Below are positions 57,413 through 64,000 of a stretch of DNA of 64,000 nt, one piece after another. The DNA lies in assembly GCA_964036045.1 (NCBI GenBank), contig OZ038378.1, forward strand, positions 6,448,001 through 6,512,000, read 5' to 3'. A program made the translations under genes and the position numbers. The DNA is from Eutreptiella sp. 'Long Island Sound 2002'. Taxonomy: Eukaryota > Protista > Euglenida. Numbering within the stretch: position 1 is the first letter of the stretch; every line of letters starts with the position of its first letter. The notes below the pieces were generated by a model. The model searched no databases and was not told where the DNA came from. It saw only the letters and a program-made list of their open reading frames with translations.

Positions 57413-57780
57413 GTGAATGCCTTTATGCCAGAATGAGGTAGAGGAGAACCAGGTAGACAATGCATGCGTCCATTTGGCCCGGCTTGCGATCTTGTTCTAG
57501 CATGCAGTACCGTGCGCCTTATATCAAAGATGCAAGCACTGTTGTACCCTGTGGTTGAGCAAAAGTTCAATAGGTTTTTGTGCGCGTTCCGCCTACATGC
57601 ATTAGTGTTTGGGAAGATGTGGGTCAAGTTTCATGCGTCTTGGGTCCGGATGCATGCTTGGCACAGGCAAGACATGCACTTTTTATGGGTTGACACACAC
57701 CTTTTGGTAGGCTTGGTCCATCATGCACTTCCACCTTCATAATTCGGGTATTTTTTGGAACGCAGGCCGCATTTGATTTG

Positions 57781-58470
57781 CAAGAGGACCAGGTTGACAT
57801 CTTTCAGCAGTTCTAGGTAGACCTTTTTCAATATGACCAGGGAGACAGGTTTCAGGAGGACCTAGCAGACACCCAAAACATGCCACATGCCCATTTCAGT
57901 TTTTTGCAATAATTTGCCTAGAAGTGGATCCTGTGGATCCTGAGGTGGTGCTGAAGCACAACAACAAAAGACATTGGTCCTCCCAAATGGTGCGTACCTA
58001 GTCCTCTCAAAAGGGCATCCACCTGGTCCTCCCAAGATAATTCTGCTTCGTCCTCCCAGCGCAGTTTGATGAGTTGAAACAAAAGATGCAAGCTGTTGAG
58101 ACTGCCCGGGGAACACGGCAAGTTCATCTTCATATAAGGTGCACCAGCATTTGGCGATGGAAGAAGACTCTTTCAGGGGCCGGGAATCTGTAAGGAAGTG
58201 GCAGAGAAATGAGAAGGGAAAGATTGTTTTGAAGGGTTCAGAGCGTGATGGCTCCATGCGCCACAACTGCGATTCAGAACATGGCCACTGAGTGCCCATA
58301 GGGAACTGGAAGTTAGTTGGACACTGGTTATGTTGACGCCTCTTGGGAGGACCAGGTAGACACCTTTCAGGAGGGCCCAAGTAGTCACCTTTCTGGAGGA
58401 CCCAGGTACTCTTCTTTTGGGAGGGCTAAGTAGGTACATTTTGGAAGAACGAGATAGGCACGTTTTGGAC
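57781..58470. repeat. Degenerate 24-25-bp minisatellite in three blocks of alternating orientation
   Basis: Consensus about ttt(t/c)(g/a)ggaggaccaggtagacacc; forward at 57781-57876, reverse at ~57975-58060, forward at ~58343-58470. Confidence 0.7.
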
Positions 58471-59699
58471 AGCCGTACATCCTGCAGAGTGCATCTGTGT
58501 ATTTGCTGCTGTTGCTCATCCATAAATTATGGTCAATGGTGGGACAGACAGCTCTGGCAGTTGCAGACTTGCAAGTAAAAGTTTTCAATATGGCCATGGT
58601 ATTTGGCCTCGCCCTTGCACTTATCCTTTTTTCAGAATGCACTGGCCTGGTCAGTGTGCCCCCCGTTTTCGGGGATGGATACCACACAGAAGTGCGATTC
58701 GATTGATACACAATGGACACAATGGACACAACGGAGCTGGTCAGTACTTTTTACCACCTCAAACTGAGTCTGATAAGGTTTGTTGTGACAGGATATTTCT
58801 CCCGCCCTGTGTTGACATGGGATTCTGCTGCATTTCCCCCATTGGGCTGTGAGTGAGGTCATTGCATCTGCCCCCCAATTTTGAAAGAATTGCCAATGCG
58901 CTATTTTGTTGTGTTCTTGGTGACTGTGTGATCCCCCTGGCCCCCTTGGGAGCCAATCTCGCAGTTTTGTGCTATGTGTGCATTGCTTATGGCCCCCAGT
59001 AACGTTCCCCAATAGGGAGCGGTTGGTGCCCGACTAAGAATCGCTTCATGACAGCGCCATCCCCTCCTTAATGTTTGATTCCCTCCATGTTTGATTGCAC
59101 CGCTTTGTCACACACGTTTAGGGGAAGTACACTATTGTCTTGGATATGGATGAGACGCTGCTGCACAGTCGTGAGATCCCTCCCTTCACCAAGAATCCAG
59201 AACTCAAAGTCGTCCATCTTAAGTTTGAGGAGTATGTCACAAGGATGCACAGGGGAAGTTCAGCTGGGCCAAGGGTTTTACAAACATTTGGGCACTGAAT
59301 ATGTAGGAGAGCAGGGCAGAGATGAGAGAATGCCAGGCGCACTCCTCTTCACTGCCCCTCCGTCCCACCTCATCCTTTTCCTTTGGTGCCTTTGACAACA
59401 ATTCATGTACCGCTTTTGGCGCACAGCAGTGCCGGCGAAAAACTGCCTGCGCTTCTGGCGTACACAGAATTTGGGAACCAAGCCCAGCCCACCCCCCTCC
59501 CAAAGCAGAAACCCACTGTTGGAGATTACTGGAAGACAACCTGGAATGGGCAAAAGTAGGAGTGGGGAAGAGTGAGTGAAAGATCGGGATGTTTGTTACA
59601 ATTTTGTACGAAATTGACGGGAAACCGACCCTGAAATGGTATGAAAATGCAGTTTCATTGAGTGATGGGGTGCAGGAGTCGGTATGATGGGCTGTGACC

Positions 59700-60270
59700 T
59701 CAGGAAAAATTGGGTAAATGGAACGGTAAATGGAAAATGGGGGGAAATGGGGGGGGAATGCGGGAAAATGGGGAAATGGGTTCTTATTTGGCTGACAGCA
59801 TGGAACATGCAGGTCTCTCTCCATATTGCTGCTTCTTTTGTAGTACCGAGTATGTGCATACGTGAAGTTACCTACACTAGTTAATGTTCTCTGGTGCCCA
59901 AACAGAGATTGGGTATCGACTGGCTCTCTGTCCAAGCAGACGACCCATCTCAACTACAAAAAGAAGCAGCAAGTTGGCATTGAGCTTTTGGTTGCATAGG
60001 GACTCATTTCGCGTGCTGGGGATGATTTACGGCTGGCAGACGCCATCGATTGCATCTCATGGAAAACGCAAGCACAACCTACGCCTCTCCATGCCATGCC
60101 CGGACGCCAGGGGCTTGTTGCAAAACCATTTCCCTCGTCTTTTCTCCCTAGTTTCCCCATTGTCTCCCCATTTCCTCCCATTTCTGGCTACCCCCCCAAT
60201 GTCCCTGCATTTTTCCTCGGGAATGTTGCCTGGAAGCTTATCCCCAGCCGGGCTGGGAAGTCCTGATCCT
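59700..60270. repeat. Inward-facing GGGAAAATGGGG-type arrays related to the ends of the 21.5-23.3 kb element
   Basis: Purine array at ~59705-59780 and pyrimidine array at ~60130-60190; catttttcctcgggaatgttg near 60205 matches the reverse complement of caacattcccgaggaaaaatg near 21553. Confidence 0.6.
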
Positions 60271-61823
60271 TGCTCCAAGAAGGTCTGCATAAAAATCCTT
60301 CAAAAGAGTTTGTGGATGCACATTTGTGATGGCAAGAGCATCTGAGGCTTTTAGTGGAACAAAATATACCCCTCTTTGTGGGGCCCTGCTACAGATATGG
60401 ATATGCACATCGGAACAGGGTAGATAGGGCTATCATTGGGCACACGTCCCGCTAATAGAACGCCTCCGGCTATTGCATTTAAAGGGAGAAATTGAATGCC
60501 TCGATGGTCACACTGTATGTTCTTCAGTCCTTTAGATATGCTGTATTCCATTCTTCGCCCACATGCTGCAAGTCTTATCCAAGCGCTGGCGCCACACAGT
60601 GAGCTCGTGTTGTGGACCGCTGGTCAGCGGGAGTATGCTCGTATGTGATGCCCTCGTTTGCTCCCGTGTGTGTCATGCCATGGGGTGCCTGCTCTGAAAG
60701 GGATTTTGCCCGAGTCTTGCTGATGCCAGGTCGTGATTTTCGAGTGGAATAGATGGGGGGATGTAGCCTCTGCAATGCAAGGCTGCTGTGGCATTCCCGA
60801 TCTCCCCGCTACAACGCACCCTCTTTGAGGTGCCCTAATGCACTATTGTCTTTCTTTAGACTCTGCACTTTGCAGAAGACTTCGCAGAAAACGCTCGCCT
60901 CTTGTGCAGTGTGCCATGCATCGAGAAGCGAGACTGTGCAACCTGCATCCCTTTTCTTTGCCCCTGCAGAGAGACTAGCACTACTGGCAAATGGCATTTC
61001 CTGGAGATGTATTGACCCTGCGAGAGTTTTCATTTCTGAGTAAGGAACGTCTCACAGCAGCAATGACTGAATGGGTGGCTTGCGCGTAAGTGACAGCATG
61101 TGCAACCAGCGGTGGTGGGCGTGTGACTGAGAGTACTGGGGGTGTAATGGACATCGGTTGGCGCATGACCGACACTGGCTGCTGACGATGGTTGTTGGCG
61201 CGTCAGACTGGCTGGCTGGTGGCCTTTGCAACGCATAGTGCAGCAGGCAGCGCACTGGGTTGCGTCTTTTTACACTTCCGCCTTCTTCACAGAGAAGGCC
61301 ATGCGCCACTTGGATCCTCGGAATTGCATAAAGCATTCCATCTACAGAGACCGGCGCTGGTTCACAATGCCCCATTACATTAAGAATTTGAAACGGTATG
61401 TGAAAGGGGCGCCCGTCATGCATACGTGCATGCATGCGTGGCAATGAAGTGCGTACATTTCCCACCGATTTTGGTGTAAAGGGTGGTACAAGTACCAAGG
61501 ACGAATAGTGCGATACAACAGATGACAAGTGTGTAATGGATGTGTTCTGCATCATGGGACATTGGTAGTCCCTCAGACTGAGGGGTCCCATTTTGTGGGG
61601 GCCTCATTTCGTGGTTGTTCATCATGGACCCCAGGGCTAGGGTCATCTCCAGGTAGGACTTCAGAGGGGGTGCTGGTATCAGGCACTCACGCCGGATTCT
61701 CCGAAGACAGATAGTTCTTACATTTCTGTGCCTCTGTTTTGGCGCCATACTTGAAACCGCCTTTGATGCACCACTCATGTTCTCCTGCAGAGGGCTGGGC
61801 GGGGGCATTTCTGCCAGTGTATT

Positions 61824-62075
61824 CTAGGCCTGGGTTAGGAAAAAATATAGCGCCAACATGCGGTCCAGTGTGGCAATGAACTCCTCGCTGGCCTCCAACT
61901 TCGTGGTCAACACCTCCATCTTGTCCCTCACCTGGTCCCTTTGAGTATGTAGGGCGGCATTTCCGAGCCTCAGGTCGTGATACTCCCTCTGGACAACTTC
62001 AACCTGTCCTTGGATGGTGGAAATGAGGTCCATGAGCCCTTGCAATGAATCCGGGGGTGATCCTTCGGGGGGGGC
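61824..62075 (-). pseudogene. Coiled-coil-like degenerate ORF, possibly a retroelement gag relic
   Basis: PPEGSPPDSLQGLMDLISTIQGQVEVVQREYHDLRLGNAALHTQRDQVRDKMEVLTTKLEASEEF; heptad-like pattern only, no diagnostic motif. Confidence 0.25.
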
Positions 62076-64000
62076 ATACCACTTTGACTTGGCCGAGCGC
62101 TTGAATTTGGGAATTCATGGTCCCAAGTCCACATTCACTTGTTTTCATCCTCCTGAAAGTCCAATGGCGCCGGTGGTCTCTTAGACGAAGGCTTCCACAA
62201 ACTGAGCAGTGTGGGACAAGGCCCCATGAGGACCCCAACTTGTTCTATGGCATCGGCTTGATGTGGTACCCATTCTTGTACCACAATCCTTTCTTCAGGG
62301 AGGCCACAATTGTTGACACACCTGATCCTCTCCAAGGTTCTATATCCCCATCCGAGCGGGGCTCCTAGGTGGAGATCCTTGGTGGATGGCCTCCACGAGG
62401 GGGTGGGGGTACAGAGAGGGTGCTGAAGTTGGACTCCCCAGAAGCCCCTGAGATGGGGGATGAGGGGTTTGCCAAGTCGGAGGGGTGTGTCACGCTGACC
62501 ATGTCCAAGTCCACGCCCCCCCCCCCCCTTCGATTTCACATCTTTTGGGCGGGCCATGGCTTGCCCTAGGCAAGGCTGGAGGCTGCAAAACATGTCATTT
62601 TACGACGCCATGCATATGCTGTCACAACATCCCCGGTCCCATCCCCTACCGCAGGGTTGACTCAGGCTTCGACAAAAGCTTTCGGCACTTGTCTCAACAA
62701 ACATGGCCATTTTCAGCGGAAGCGGTGATTTTGCATTTTTCAATTGGGCCATGGACGACTCCTGGAAGAGCTACAGGCTGCAAAACTTGTCCTTTTGCAT
62801 ACCACCATGGCTATACTGTCACAACATGCCCAATGCTGCCCCACCAGAGGTGTACCATCAGTCCCCAAGCCACCAAACACGCTATCATAACAAAAACGGC
62901 TGAATCCTGCAGAAACTGTCCAAGCGCTCCTCCCACACTGCCTAAGCAAGCCCCACTCATTGGGCTCCCACAAGTTTGTTTTGGGCTCAAAATCACAAAT
63001 TTTATTGCCGCTGGCAGCTCCACCTTGTATAGATCTGGTCAATAATTTGAGTTGATGACACAAGTGTAAGTAGACTTTGCACCAAGCCCTCACCTCTGAT
63101 CACCCAATGGCCAAATGGGGTGAACAGGCACAAAGCACAAAAACAGCGTCCGAAACATGCTTCACAACTTTTTTTGTGATCGGTGTGAGTGATCACAATG
63201 TCAGAAAAATCGGTTTTGGAGTTTTCAATTTCGGAGGTCTTGAGGCTTTGAAGCTGAAAACTGCTTCACCAGTTTGTGCACTATCCCCTTATCCCCCGAG
63301 CAAAAAAAGCCGAACGGGGCAAAAAAACAGATGGGGAGAGTGTTAAACATGCATTACATGTGATATTTGAGGCTTATGATTGGTTACAACATCAAAAATA
63401 AAATCAGTTTTGGAAAATTCTATTGGGAAGGTACTCCGTTGCGCTGCGCTTTCGGAATACGTCAGCCTGTAGGATGGATGCCCCAACTTTGCACATTGAG
63501 CGGGCCATCGTCTCTCCTTTGTAGAGAGTAGTGGTGGAAACAGATAAATGTGCCCCCCCCCCCCCCGCCCCCCCCGCCTTCTGACAACTGCATGATCTGC
63601 ATCCGTGCTGATTCCTTTTCGGCCCCAGAGGGGGGTTATTTTTTTCCATTTTTTGACGCCGCACATTTTAGGAAGTGAGTTTTCAGTGGAAGGGCGGGGT
63701 TCGGGGAGTCCCATCCAAAAAGAACTTTGGGGATGCAATAAGGATTTTACAACTTGTTAAACCCATATTCAACTCTTTGAGGTTTAGTACGCAAATTTGC
63801 CCAAAAGGAGTTACCATAGGGTCCCCAAAGCCAGCAAACTGAAAAATGCATAAACTACATAAAGCACCCATCCCACACCACTTAAGCAAGCTCCCCTATT
63901 CGCGGACCCCATAACAGGTTTGTCATACAGCTAACTTGCTACTGGGCGCTGTGCCTGTGCTGTGCAGAAACGCCCCCTAATGCTGCGAGCTTAGTGCACA

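Overview
Eukaryotic, repeat-rich scaffold with one 200-N gap. It is almost certainly from a euglenid: a 25/26 match to the Euglena-type 26-nt spliced leader lies at 6549-6574 (-). Host genes I can reconstruct: (1) an intronless EF-hand repeat protein running off the left edge (-); (2) a divergent, intronless kinesin-5 (1730-4798, +); (3) a 15-exon, ~838-aa RRM / Pro-Arg-Ser-rich / 28-aa RI-type LRR protein over 42921-19909 (-), with possible extra 3' exons at 18.6 and 16.1 kb; (4) a 3-exon, ~551-aa acidic / Schlafen-AlbA_2 / Trp-Gly-rich protein (45186-48550, +), head-to-head with (3). Mobile DNA: a spliced, nearly intact KDZ-type transposase inside LRR intron 9; a 5'-truncated LINE at a (CA)n site with a 45-bp target duplication and two unusual Cys/His repeats; a decayed APE endonuclease; a Ty3 pol relic fused to the spliced leader; a dead Dam-like methyltransferase retroelement domain; MITE-like elements; and several mini/microsatellites. 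All gene models were read by eye from splice signals, phase and motif continuity; no searches were run.
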